A stretch of DNA of 62,640 nucleotides, from sequence record DRR378314_1035; one strand, given 5' to 3'. Below the pieces are notes generated by a model. That model was not told the origin of the DNA, searched no databases, and saw only the letters and a list, made by a program, of their open reading frames with translations. The translations under genes were made by a program, and so were the position numbers. This document shows positions 38,522-48,495 of the stretch, piece after piece. Within the stretch, counting starts at the first letter, position 1. Each line of letters opens with the position of its first letter.

Positions 38522-38791
38522 TCAGCCTGCGATTTCTGGAATAATCATTATTAAACGGGTAAAAAAGTCCATGAGCTCTTGAGTTAACCAGTGACCACCT
38601 ACAATCAGGGCACTTATGGTAATTAACAAGCGTGGTAAAAAGCTCAATGTTTGCTCATTGATTGATGTTGCCGCCTGGAATACCGCAACAACTAAACCCA
38701 CTAACAACCCAGGTACAACGATAGCTGAAACCAGTTTAATAACTAAAAATAGTGCGTCACTGAGAATATCAACAAAAACTTCCGGTTCCAT
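38522..38791 (-). CDS. fliQ: Flagellar export protein FliQ
   Basis: GLVVAVFQAATSINEQTLSFLPRL. Confidence 0.97.
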   Translation of the reverse strand: MEPEVFVDILSDALFLVIKLVSAIVVPGLLVGLVVAVFQAATSINEQTLSFLPRLLITISALIVGGHWLTQELMDFFTRLIMIIPEIAG

Positions 38792-38835
38792 GGGTTACTC
38801 CTTGCGCTGTGTTATTGCAAATGTAAAAACCATCG

Positions 38836-39576
38836 TTAGACCCCAAGGCCGAAACTTTTTGCTAACGTCCCCATTACCAGGCTCCAGCCATCAACTAAAA
38901 CAAACAGCATAATTTTAAAGGGTAGTGATACGATCATTGGTGAAAGCATCATCATACCCATAGCCATCAAAACTGATGCAACAACTAAATCTACAATTAA
39001 AAAAGGAATAAAAAACATAAAGCCAATAATAAAAGCAGTTTGTAGCTCACTAGTCACAAAGGCAGGGATTAGCACAATCATTGGCGTTGCTTCTGGCGAG
39101 TCCAGTTTGTCATACCCCGCTATTTTAGCAAACGTTTCGATGTCCTTTATACGAACTTGCGATAGCATAAATGCCTTCATTGGCTCTTTAGCAAGCTCTA
39201 ATGCTTGTATTGAGGTAACTTGCTCATTCATATAAGGCTCAATGGCTTGCTCATTCACCTTTTGGTATACAGGCGCCATTATGAATATACTTAAAAATAA
39301 AGACATACCAAGTAGGATTTGATTCGAAGGTGTTTGCTGTAAACCGATTGCTTGACGCAAAATTGCTAATACCACGATGATACGTGTAAATGACGTCATC
39401 ATTATTACTGCTGCTGGGATAAAGCTCAGCGCAGTCATGATAGCAAGCACTTGCAGTGTCACAGAGTAGTCTTGCGAGCCGTCTGGGTTTGTGGTGATAT
39501 TTAGGGCTTCAATACCCTCAGCGTTAACAGTTGGTATAAATACGAGACTAATGAGTATTAGCAGCCACTTCATCAT
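38836..39576 (-). CDS. fliP: Flagellar export protein FliP
   Basis: [34 protein letters not shown]...[14 protein letters not shown]. Confidence 0.97.
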   Translation of the reverse strand: MMKWLLILISLVFIPTVNAEGIEALNITTNPDGSQDYSVTLQVLAIMTALSFIPAAVIMMTSFTRIIVVLAILRQAIGLQQTPSNQILLGMSLFLSIFIMAPVYQKVNEQAIEPYMNEQVTSIQALELAKEPMKAFMLSQVRIKDIETFAKIAGYDKLDSPEATPMIVLIPAFVTSELQTAFIIGFMFFIPFLIVDLVVASVLMAMGMMMLSPMIVSLPFKIMLFVLVDGWSLVMGTLAKSFGLGV

Positions 39577-39577
39577 A

Positions 39578-39958
39578 TTATGCGTTCTTTTTATTCTGAT
39601 TAGAGTTTAGTAAATTACCAAATCGTTTGACCAAAGCAGGTAATTCTTTTTCTGTTAAGGGTGTTTCCAGCTTCAGTAGGTAATTAATACTGTGCGGTGT
39701 GACGCCTAATAAGTGCTGGGCGTTATCAATCTCAACCACCATCAAACGTTCTCGTGTACTGAGTGGCAAACTGCGAACAACTTTAAATTCATCGCTGTTG
39801 GTTAAATTAGGGTTTACCTTTTTTACCATGATTGCGAGTACGATAATCAACACTAACACCGTAATCAGTGACATAGCCATTGATACAATGTCCCCCATCG
39901 GGGTTGCCGATGGAGTAACAGTACTAACTGTGGAAGAGAGTATAATCCAACCACTCAT
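39578..39958 (-). CDS. fliO: Flagellar export chaperone FliO
   Basis: Single TM, then RERLMVVEI....LLGVT; between fliN and fliP. Confidence 0.9.
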   Translation of the reverse strand: MSGWIILSSTVSTVTPSATPMGDIVSMAMSLITVLVLIIVLAIMVKKVNPNLTNSDEFKVVRSLPLSTRERLMVVEIDNAQHLLGVTPHSINYLLKLETPLTEKELPALVKRFGNLLNSNQNKKNA

Positions 39959-40353
39959 CGTAATTTTTTGATCCGTTCTACTTGGCTGATAACGTCAGTA
40001 AGGCGAATACCAAACTTGTCATTTACCACAACAACTTCACCGTGTGCTATTAATGTGCCATTTACCAACACATCAAGCGGTTCACCCGCAACCCGATCAA
40101 GCTCAACCACTGACCCCTGATTTAATTGTAATAAGTTACGGATATTAATTTTAGAACGACCCACTTCCATAGAGATAGTCACTGGAATATCTAAAATAGT
40201 ATCAAGCTTACGTTTTTCTTCCGTGCTCATTTCGTGCTTAGCGTCACTAAGCTCATCAAGCTCTGCAACTTGTGCATCCGCACCGTCATCAGTGCCTTCT
40301 GCTTCTGCTAGGGCTGCCGCCCATTCATCCATAGTATCTTGGTCATCACTCAT
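39955..40353 (-). CDS. fliN: C-ring protein FliN
   Basis: DEWAAAL, ILDIPVTISMEVGR, LNQGSVVELDR, GEVVVVNDKFGIR. Confidence 0.97.
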   Translation of the reverse strand: MSDDQDTMDEWAAALAEAEGTDDGADAQVAELDELSDAKHEMSTEEKRKLDTILDIPVTISMEVGRSKINIRNLLQLNQGSVVELDRVAGEPLDVLVNGTLIAHGEVVVVNDKFGIRLTDVISQVERIKKLR

Positions 40354-40370
40354 ACTTTTAAACCTTTTCT

Positions 40371-41465
40371 TTACCAGTCTAAATCCACACCTTCAGAAAG
40401 GTGTAAATCGTCTTCTAGTTCTGCTAACTCTGCATCTGAATCAAGTTTTTTACCACCTTTTGTAAAGACGTGTAATTCTGATTTAACTGACTCAGGTCGT
40501 TTAATCTTTTCACTAATTTGTAATGCCACATTGTCACGAGAGCGACCCATTTTCGCTCTAAATGTTGGTAAATCCTCAACAAACACAGTGATATGTTCTG
40601 GCATTTCTACAGGGATAATATCACCCGCTTTAAATTCCATTATTTGTTCTAAATTTAGATCCACTTCAAGCAATTGCGTAGAAAGCTCAACTTCAACATC
40701 CATAATTTCATCACGTAATGCTTTACTCCAACGAAGATCAGTATCCTCAGTGTCAGACTGTACACCAGCGTCAAGTAATTCACGAATAGGTTCAAGCATT
40801 GAATATGGCAGTGCGATATGGAAATCCCCACCACCGCCATCGAGCTCTATGTGGAAAGAGCTAATTACGACAACTTCCGTTGGACTAACAATGTTTGCCA
40901 TTGCTGGGTTTACTTCAGAATCGAGGTATTCAAAGGAAACATCCATAACAGGTGCCCATGCTTCTTTATAATCTTCAAAAATTATTTTTAGTAGCATTTG
41001 CACAATACGACGTTCTGTAGGCGTAAATTCACGCCCTTCTATTTTGGCATGATAACGGCCATCGCCACCGAAAAAGTTGTCTACCAAGATAAATACTAAC
41101 CGCGCTTCCATAGTTATTAAGCCCGTCCCTTTTAGAGGTCGAAAGCGAACCATATTAAGGCTAGTAGGTACAAATAAAGTGTGAATATATTCACCGAACT
41201 TTATCATTTGTACGCCGTTGATTGACACTTCAGCCGTGCGGCGCATCATATTGAATAAGCTTATTCGCATATGTCGGGCAAAACGCTCGTTAACGATTTC
41301 GAGCGTTGGCATACGTCCACGAACGATACGGTCTTGGGAAGAAAAGTCGTATTGCAGTGTGTTACCACCGCCCCCTTCTTCACCATCTTCTATATCTTCC
41401 TCTTCGACTTCATCAACGCCGTGTAATAGCGCATCAATTTCGTCTTGGGATAATAAATCGCTCAC
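40371..41465 (-). CDS. fliM: C-ring switch protein FliM
   Basis: SDLLSQDEIDALL CheY-binding peptide, FFGGDG, EGREFTPTE. Confidence 0.98.
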   Translation of the reverse strand: MSDLLSQDEIDALLHGVDEVEEEDIEDGEEGGGGNTLQYDFSSQDRIVRGRMPTLEIVNERFARHMRISLFNMMRRTAEVSINGVQMIKFGEYIHTLFVPTSLNMVRFRPLKGTGLITMEARLVFILVDNFFGGDGRYHAKIEGREFTPTERRIVQMLLKIIFEDYKEAWAPVMDVSFEYLDSEVNPAMANIVSPTEVVVISSFHIELDGGGGDFHIALPYSMLEPIRELLDAGVQSDTEDTDLRWSKALRDEIMDVEVELSTQLLEVDLNLEQIMEFKAGDIIPVEMPEHITVFVEDLPTFRAKMGRSRDNVALQISEKIKRPESVKSELHVFTKGGKKLDSDAELAELEDDLHLSEGVDLDW

Positions 41466-41474
41466 GCAGGCCCC

Positions 41475-41996
41475 TTATTGCATTACAAAGCCGGTAAATA
41501 AAACCCGCTCAATTACTTTACTGCCTTCAACATCATTTAATGCAGTTTGTACTTTTTCAAGTGCAGCAACTCGCAACGTCTCTTTACCTTCACTGGTGCC
41601 AAGCTCGTCAGCCGTTGTGGTAGAAAAAACACTTAACAATGTACCTTCAATTAATGGGATATGTCTTTTTGCTACTTCTTCATTCACATCACCACGAACT
41701 AAAAGTTGGACTTTAATTTGTACAACGCGGTCTCTACTTGCACCTGGCACATTAAAAACGAAAGGTCTGGGCATTGCCACATAAAGGGCGCTGCCAATTT
41801 TGGCGTTATTAGACGATTCAACTTCTTCTGTAGCAACTGTTTCATCAGCTAATGTTTCAGCAGGTTCATCTGAACCTGACATTAAGAAAAACCCAACACC
41901 ACCTGCAATTAATAAAACAACAACGGCAATGATTATAATCAGCTTCTTCTTACTTTTACCGCCTTCTTCTATTTCTAAATTTGCTTCTTCAGCCAT
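41475..41996 (-). CDS. fliL: Flagellar basal body protein FliL
   Basis: KKKL plus TM, RPFVFN, VLFTGFVMQ C-terminus. Confidence 0.95.
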   Translation of the reverse strand: MAEEANLEIEEGGKSKKKLIIIIAVVVLLIAGGVGFFLMSGSDEPAETLADETVATEEVESSNNAKIGSALYVAMPRPFVFNVPGASRDRVVQIKVQLLVRGDVNEEVAKRHIPLIEGTLLSVFSTTTADELGTSEGKETLRVAALEKVQTALNDVEGSKVIERVLFTGFVMQ

Positions 41997-42272
41997 TATA
42001 ATTCCTTACTGCCTTAAAAGTGGGTAATAAAACAACTGCGTTAACCCATCAAGCTTTCTCATCAGAGCTTAGAATAAAGAAGATATCTCAAGCAACTCTT
42101 TTTAAACATTTCGATATAAATAACATACATATCAAGTCCAATAAAAACCTCAACCTAAAGCAGTTTTGTTAATAAATCAGACTTTATTTTGTTACTCATA
42201 TAGTTTAGTGCTTCAGAAACATCTTAAACTAAAAACTAATTAGTTATTTTTATAACTTTATAATAGCAGGTG

Positions 42273-44729
42273 TTAGGCATAGTAATCTATTGAAGATGAA
42301 GATTGTTGGCCTGAACTTTGCGCACTTGGTTCAGAATCCGCAGCTCCATCATCACTTTGACCATTAGATGCAAGCTGTCCGCGTCCCTGTTGCTGCTCTT
42401 GTTCGTCAGCATTACCTTGGCTATCACCTTGTTGGATACTGCTCTCTCCAAGCTCAATCCCCTGCTCCGCAAGCATTTCGCGTAATTTAGGCATCGACTG
42501 CTCTAGCGCTTCTTTGGCTTGTTGGTTTTGTACAACAAAGTTTATTTGTGCTTGCTCTGCATCGCTGCGAATACGAATTTGCATACTGCCCATTTCTGGC
42601 GGATCTAATCGTATTTCAGCTTCTTTATTATTAATGCTAAGTAGCGCACTTACCCGTTCTTGCAATAATTTTGCAGCATCACTTTTAACAATGTTCAATG
42701 CTTGCATTAAAGTAGGGTCTACATTTACTTGTTTTGTTTGTGACGTCGCACTGGTTTGTTGCGCATTTAGCACCTGCATATTGCTCAGCTCTTCAGAGTA
42801 ACGCTGATCAATCGCTTCATTTATAGATTGGGTCATTGAGGTGCTTGCTATATTGGTCACTTGTGTAAAGAGTTGATTTACACGCACCGCATTACTCTCT
42901 TTAGATGCTATCTGCTCAATTTTTTCATCATCTGCTACCAATGCTTCTTTTGCTACGTCTTGTTGAATATCAGATTTAATAGCTTGCTCTTGCGCAGTCA
43001 TCTTAACAAATGTGGTTTGTCCCGATTGTGACTTCGCTGTTTCAACTTGATTAGTCGCTATAGGCTGTGCAACCTGTATTGACTCTTTTGAGGTAGTTGT
43101 AGGCTCTTTAGTCATGGTCATTTGATCTTCATCAAGCACAGCTAAAGCCGCTTTCACTTGATTTAATACCGCCCCCTGAGGTTTCTCAGTCGCGATAAAC
43201 TGCTGAAGCTGTTCAGATAAAGCTTGCTTCTGCCCTGTTGTTAAATTAGCGATCTCGTCACTGAATTCTACCGCGTTAAAACTCGAAGTAGCATCGACAT
43301 TTTGGGCTGTGTTAGCAGAGTTATTATTTGCAATAAATTGTGCAACAGTGTGTTTTAAATTCGCAAGGCCTTGTTTATCAACTCCTTGACTTAGCACTGC
43401 ATTTACTTGCGTTTGCAATGTGGCACGTTGCTCTGTTGTCAAACGGGAAAGAACTTGATCACTTCCTGTTAAAACGTCTGTTTCTGCATTAAGGAGCTTC
43501 ATAACTGTTTGATTTACTTCAGAGCTTTTCGCAATTTCCGAAGCAGACTGAGTGGTTTTAACAGCAGCTGACGTTGTAGGTGATTGAGCTGCAATAAATG
43601 CATCTTTTAATGCTTGAGCATCCTTAGACAAGGTAGGCTCAGCACCTACTGTTTTTGCTATTTTAGCTGTGTCTTGCATTTGTGCTGTACCGGCTTCAAC
43701 ACTATTTTTTGCATCCCCCACCGGAGCTGAAACCACTGACTTAAAACCGGTTTTATCATTTCCAGCTGAGCTATTCACTAACGCCTCATCTATTACAGCT
43801 GCGCCTTGTTTAGTAGCAGTATTTGATGAAGGTGTCAGCACTTGCGAAGCTACTTCTCCCTTTTCACTCATTAGTTTTGTTGGCTCTTTTATTGCTGCAC
43901 CTGAATTCGTTGAAACGGCCTTATTAGCTTCATCAACTTTACTCTTGTTCGTCTGTGTAGCTAATACCGCGGCTTCACCCTTTGAAGTGTCACCTAAAGA
44001 CTCTTGCGCCAAAAGTGAAGCAAGTGGCTGGGCATTTTTAGTGTTTTCTGTAGAGGCGCTAATACTAGGCATATCCACGCTACTTGTTGATTTGTTAGTC
44101 CCATTCTGTGTTTCAGGTGCTTTTATAGCTTTAACATCATCAACAATTGGAGTAACGGCATCTTCGGGAAACCCTGTTTGTTTAAGGTTTTTATCAATTG
44201 CTTCAGCAACGGCCGATTTATCGCTAGGTATGACTGAGTTGTTAGGTAAGCCTTCACTGCTATCATCTTCTAAAGGCTTGTTTATAATTGGAGTAACGTC
44301 ATCAATTGGACGCGGGGCTTTAGGTTTTATATCTTTTGGATCGAGGCTTTCTTGAGCATATTTATCAATTAACTCACTTACTGAAGTCAAAGATTTATTT
44401 GGCTCTGATGTGCTCACACGAGTATCAAGGTTGTTTGCGGCGTTAATTTGAGCGAGCATATCATCACCAGAAATAACCGCTGCGGACTCTTTTTTTTGCT
44501 TTGATTGCACGGCATCTTGTGTATCACTTTCATTCAACTGTGGTGAGGCAGAGCCTTTACTTTTTTTATTAGGCTCTTCAGTGGCGCTATTGGCGCTTTG
44601 TAACTGAGAGAAAAAGTCACCCTCTGAGCCTGACTTTTCATCAATAGCAGCTTGTTGTGATTGCTCTTTTTTAGCAAATTTAATATCTTGCTCTGTTGAA
44701 ATGAGTGCTGATAGATCATTAATCGCCAT
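42273..44729 (-). CDS. fliK: Hook-length control protein FliK
   Basis: Low-complexity N-terminus; AEIRLDPPEMGSMQIRI...ALEQSMPKLREML; ends IDYYA; between fliJ and fliL. Confidence 0.93.
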   Translation of the reverse strand: MAINDLSALISTEQDIKFAKKEQSQQAAIDEKSGSEGDFFSQLQSANSATEEPNKKSKGSASPQLNESDTQDAVQSKQKKESAAVISGDDMLAQINAANNLDTRVSTSEPNKSLTSVSELIDKYAQESLDPKDIKPKAPRPIDDVTPIINKPLEDDSSEGLPNNSVIPSDKSAVAEAIDKNLKQTGFPEDAVTPIVDDVKAIKAPETQNGTNKSTSSVDMPSISASTENTKNAQPLASLLAQESLGDTSKGEAAVLATQTNKSKVDEANKAVSTNSGAAIKEPTKLMSEKGEVASQVLTPSSNTATKQGAAVIDEALVNSSAGNDKTGFKSVVSAPVGDAKNSVEAGTAQMQDTAKIAKTVGAEPTLSKDAQALKDAFIAAQSPTTSAAVKTTQSASEIAKSSEVNQTVMKLLNAETDVLTGSDQVLSRLTTEQRATLQTQVNAVLSQGVDKQGLANLKHTVAQFIANNNSANTAQNVDATSSFNAVEFSDEIANLTTGQKQALSEQLQQFIATEKPQGAVLNQVKAALAVLDEDQMTMTKEPTTTSKESIQVAQPIATNQVETAKSQSGQTTFVKMTAQEQAIKSDIQQDVAKEALVADDEKIEQIASKESNAVRVNQLFTQVTNIASTSMTQSINEAIDQRYSEELSNMQVLNAQQTSATSQTKQVNVDPTLMQALNIVKSDAAKLLQERVSALLSINNKEAEIRLDPPEMGSMQIRIRSDAEQAQINFVVQNQQAKEALEQSMPKLREMLAEQGIELGESSIQQGDSQGNADEQEQQQGRGQLASNGQSDDGAADSEPSAQSSGQQSSSSIDYYA

Positions 44730-44749
44730 AATTCACCTACATTAAAATG

Positions 44750-44775
44750 TGGCAATTTGCCGCCGCAGCTTGCCA
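44750..44775 (-). promoter_or_regulatory. Candidate FlrC enhancer sites downstream of the fliK promoter
   Basis: CGGCAA (minus, 44757-44762), TGGCAA (minus, 44770-44775) and TGGCAA (plus, 44750-44755) in the leader. Confidence 0.45.
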
Positions 44776-44799
44776 AAATAAAGACGTCACATGTAACCA

Positions 44800-44815
44800 A
44801 GCAATATATATGCCT
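44800..44815 (-). promoter_or_regulatory. Sigma54 promoter of fliK
   Basis: Minus strand AGGCATATATATTGCT, GG-N10-GC spacing. Confidence 0.75.
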
Positions 44816-44833
44816 ACTATTAACATTTAACAA

Positions 44834-45280
44834 CTAAAGCGCATTGCGCCTTTGAAAGAATTGGTTCAATGAAAACTCATCGAGCATTCGTTGCTCATTT
44901 TTTAATTCTATCGCAGTTGCTTTTTGCTGTTGTTTTTCAATCAGTTTTTCAATCGCTTTCGCTTTTACCTGTTGCTTTAACCACAAACTTTGTCGCTGGC
45001 TAACAACCTGCCTTGCTGTATTCACCGTACTGGCTTGCTGGCGAATAGCTTCTTCAATCTTCGCAATAAAAGCATGATATTGACTAAACCCGGCACTGCT
45101 TAATCCGGATTGGCCTTTAATATGAAGCTGCTGGGTATACTCCATTCTAAAATTGTTGAGTCCTTGCAGCTTTTGTTGATTAGATTGAAAGTGCTGCTGT
45201 GCTTGTAGGTAATGCATGCGTAAAGATTCTTCTTTTTCTTTTTCCATCTTTAGCAGTAAGTTGAGTTTATTATTTGCCAT
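44834..45280 (-). CDS. fliJ: Flagellar export protein FliJ
   Basis: Coiled-coil 148 aa protein after fliI, with the EQRMLDE motif. Confidence 0.92.
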   Translation of the reverse strand: MANNKLNLLLKMEKEKEESLRMHYLQAQQHFQSNQQKLQGLNNFRMEYTQQLHIKGQSGLSSAGFSQYHAFIAKIEEAIRQQASTVNTARQVVSQRQSLWLKQQVKAKAIEKLIEKQQQKATAIELKNEQRMLDEFSLNQFFQRRNAL

Positions 45281-46614
45281 TATGATTGCCCTAGTAACTG
45301 TGCAAGTCCTTGCAAGCCTTCATCATAACTGATCACGTCTTTCATCCCTTGCTGTAAGAATGCATTGACACGTGGCATCATATTAATTGCTTGATCAAGC
45401 ATTTGATCAGTGCCTTTTTGGTAAGCGCCCAAAGTGATCATATCTTTGTTTTGCTGGTACATGGAATAAACTTGTTTTAGCACTCTTGCTTGTTGCATAT
45501 GCGGCTCAGAAACAACTTGCGGCATAACACGAGAGATCGATTTTTCAATGTCTATTGCAGGATAATGCCCACTATCAGCTAAATCACGTGATAATACGAT
45601 GTGACCATCCAGGATTGCACGCGCTGCATCAGCAATAGGATCTTGCATATCATCCCCTTCACTGAGCACTGTAAAAAATGCGGTAATTGAACCTTGCCCT
45701 TCGCCGCCATTACCTGCTCGTTCCACCAGCGCAGGAAGCTTAGCAAAAACTGAAGGTGGATAACCTTTCGTCGCTGGAGGCTCACCCACAGCCAAGGCTA
45801 TTTCACGTTGCGCCATGGCGTATCGCGTTACCGAGTCTAGGAGCAATAAAACATTTAGGCCTTGATCGCGAAAATACTCAGCAATCGTCACCGCACTTTC
45901 ACACCCTTTTAAACGCATCAGAGGTGATGCATCAGCGGGGGCTGCAACAACAACTGAGCGCTTACGTCCTTCAACGCCAAGAATTTCTTCAATAAACTCC
46001 TTTACTTCTCGCCCACGCTCCCCTACTAAACCGACCACAATAACATCGGCCTCGGAACCTCGTGTCATCATACCTAGTAACACTGATTTACCCACACCAG
46101 AGCCTGCAAACAATCCCATACGCTGCCCTTGCCCAACAGTAATGACTGAATTAATGGCACGAACTCCCACATCCATTGGTTGACTAATGGGTCTGCGAGA
46201 AAGTGGATTGATGGTGTTTTGTGCGAATTTTAAATAGTGCTCTGCATTAATAGGCCCTAAGCCATCAAGCGGACGGCCTAGACCATCTACAACACGACCC
46301 AATAAGGACATACCAACAGGTAAACCCGTTTCATTGATTTGGGGTATCACTCGCGCACCTGGCAGCACGCCTGATATATGATCGTTAGGCATCAGATAAA
46401 GTGTTTGGTCGTTAAAGCCAACAATTTCAGCGTCTACAAAACCACGCATGGTTTCAATTTTACATTGACTGCCAACAGGCGCACGAAGCCCTTTTGCTTC
46501 TAACGTTAAACCAACTACTCGGGTAAGAATACCGGCAACGGCTGGCGTTGGGCTATGAATATGCTTTTGATACCCCTGTAAGCGCTCGCTCAATGGGAGA
46601 GGTTGTGTGTTCAT
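45280..46614 (-). CDS. fliI: Flagellum-specific ATPase FliI
   Basis: [43 protein letters not shown]. Confidence 0.98.
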   Translation of the reverse strand: MNTQPLPLSERLQGYQKHIHSPTPAVAGILTRVVGLTLEAKGLRAPVGSQCKIETMRGFVDAEIVGFNDQTLYLMPNDHISGVLPGARVIPQINETGLPVGMSLLGRVVDGLGRPLDGLGPINAEHYLKFAQNTINPLSRRPISQPMDVGVRAINSVITVGQGQRMGLFAGSGVGKSVLLGMMTRGSEADVIVVGLVGERGREVKEFIEEILGVEGRKRSVVVAAPADASPLMRLKGCESAVTIAEYFRDQGLNVLLLLDSVTRYAMAQREIALAVGEPPATKGYPPSVFAKLPALVERAGNGGEGQGSITAFFTVLSEGDDMQDPIADAARAILDGHIVLSRDLADSGHYPAIDIEKSISRVMPQVVSEPHMQQARVLKQVYSMYQQNKDMITLGAYQKGTDQMLDQAINMMPRVNAFLQQGMKDVISYDEGLQGLAQLLGQS

Positions 46615-46632
46615 TACAAACCAATTATTAGC

Positions 46633-47445
46633 TTAGATACCACTACTATGCAAAAAGCTATCCAACGTTTCTTTGACACGGGTTTTAAGCGTCATATCTA
46701 CCGAGGATTGCGGTGTTTTGACTTGGCAGCCTCCGCGTTCAAGCGTTGGCTCAGGGATAAGCTGCCACTGACTCTCAACGATGGCCTGCTCACCATAACT
46801 ATTTTTAACTAATTCAATATCATCTGGATTGAGGTGTATACGCACAGCTTGTTGCTGTTCACCTAGTGCATCAATGCAATGCTTTAAGCTGTGTAGTAAC
46901 ACTTCAGGTGACGTTTTTACTTCTTGATATATCAATGCTTCGGCTAGCATAACAGCAAGTTGTATTAATTGTTTTTCAGCCTCTTCGTCTACTTTATTAA
47001 GCGGTGCGGTTAAGCTATCAATAAGTGATTTTAACGCTGTTAATTGTTCTTCAATAAGGGGTTTTACTTCCTCTTGTCCCTGAGTTTTACCAAGTTCGAC
47101 TCCTTCTTTGTAGCCTGCCTCTTTGCCTTCAGAAACCCCTTTTTCAAAACCATCAATATAACCTTGTTCATGACCTTGCTTTAAGCCTTCTTCGTAAGCA
47201 TCTTGGCGAATACGCTCAAGCTCAGCCATTGTCAGGTTCGGCAGTGCTTCTTCAGGTTCAGGCTCTTCTATTGGTTCTTTAACTTCTTTTTTGTACAACT
47301 CAGCCAATGGTGTACCAAACGCTGTAGAGCGACCGTCGAATTTACGAGTGTCTTGCGTTACATCGGGGATAGGCCAGTTTTGTAATAACTCATCAGCTTC
47401 ATTTTCAGTTAATGGCTGACCTTGAGAAGAGCGAGGCTTATTCAT
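46633..47445 (-). CDS. fliH: Flagellar assembly protein FliH
   Basis: GxxxG repeats (AYEEGLKQGHEQGYIDGFEKG), IHLNPDD, LERGGC. Confidence 0.95.
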   Translation of the reverse strand: MNKPRSSQGQPLTENEADELLQNWPIPDVTQDTRKFDGRSTAFGTPLAELYKKEVKEPIEEPEPEEALPNLTMAELERIRQDAYEEGLKQGHEQGYIDGFEKGVSEGKEAGYKEGVELGKTQGQEEVKPLIEEQLTALKSLIDSLTAPLNKVDEEAEKQLIQLAVMLAEALIYQEVKTSPEVLLHSLKHCIDALGEQQQAVRIHLNPDDIELVKNSYGEQAIVESQWQLIPEPTLERGGCQVKTPQSSVDMTLKTRVKETLDSFLHSSGI

Positions 47446-47448
47446 GGT

Positions 47449-48495
47449 TTACAAGAACTCCTCGCCACCACCACCACCGAGCATGATCTCGCCAGAATCA
47501 GCTAAGCGACGTGCCGTAGATAAAATTTCTTTTTGCGCAGCTTCAACTTCACTAATACGTACCGGTGCCATAGCTTCTAAATCATCTGCTAGCATGTCGG
47601 CTGCACGTTTTGACATATTGCCAAGAATTTTATCCTTAAGGCCTTCATCAGTCCCTTTGATAGCTTTCATTAATACATCTTGTTGAACTTCGCGTAAAAT
47701 GGCCTGGATGCCTCTGTCTTCTACATCCATCAAGTTTTCAAATACAAACATTAAATCTTGAATCTGTTGTGACATCTCTTCATCATGCTCACGAATTGAA
47801 TCCATTAACTGTCCTTCAACATTCGTATCTAAATAATTCAATATGTCTGCAGCCGCTTTTAAGCCACCCATTTTGGCTGCTTGTGCTCCGGCTTGACCAG
47901 CAAACTGTTTCTCCATGATTTCATTCAACTCTTGTAATGCCGCAGGTTGAACTTCCTCAAGATTAGCTATACGCATGGTCAAATCTAACCTAACTTTCTC
48001 TGGGAACTGGGCAAGTATTTCCGCTGATTGCTCTGGCTCTAAATAAGACAATACAATCGTTTGTATCTGAGGGTGCTCATTTCGAATAATGTTAGCAACC
48101 TGTTTGGAGTCCATCCATTTCAATGAATCTAGGCCTTTTGCACCTGACCCCATAACAATTTGGTCTATCAAACTAGCCGCTTTATCTTCACCAAGCGCAG
48201 CTGTTAGTGCTTTTTTAATAAAGTCTTCAGACTGGAAGCCAATCGTACTGAAGCTTTGAATTTGTTCGATAAATAGATTATGAACTGCACTTATCTTCGC
48301 TTGTGATAGATCATCAATGGCAGCCATAGCCATACCCACTTTTTGCACTTGCTTGGGTTCTAAGTGCTTAAGTATTTGAGCAGCATCCTCTTCTGATAAA
48401 CTAAGTAGTAATATGGCGGCCTTATCAACTCCATCTAGTTTATCAACGTCAAAGGCTGCTGGTAATTGTTTTTGTTCTGGCTCTTGATCAGTCAT
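47449..48495 (-). CDS. fliG: Rotor switch protein FliG
   Basis: KAAILLLSL, EHPQ, MGG, MFVFENL, NMSKRAA. Confidence 0.98.
   Translation of the reverse strand: MTDQEPEQKQLPAAFDVDKLDGVDKAAILLLSLSEEDAAQILKHLEPKQVQKVGMAMAAIDDLSQAKISAVHNLFIEQIQSFSTIGFQSEDFIKKALTAALGEDKAASLIDQIVMGSGAKGLDSLKWMDSKQVANIIRNEHPQIQTIVLSYLEPEQSAEILAQFPEKVRLDLTMRIANLEEVQPAALQELNEIMEKQFAGQAGAQAAKMGGLKAAADILNYLDTNVEGQLMDSIREHDEEMSQQIQDLMFVFENLMDVEDRGIQAILREVQQDVLMKAIKGTDEGLKDKILGNMSKRAADMLADDLEAMAPVRISEVEAAQKEILSTARRLADSGEIMLGGGGGEEFL

Noticed and set aside
40339-41784. 210-aa and 188-aa plus-strand ORFs opposite fliN/fliM/fliL
   Set aside because: Ser-rich mirror translations of acidic codons on the real strand
43669-44355. 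228-aa plus-strand ORF inside fliK
   Set aside because: Antisense shadow of a low-complexity coding region; no recognisable motif
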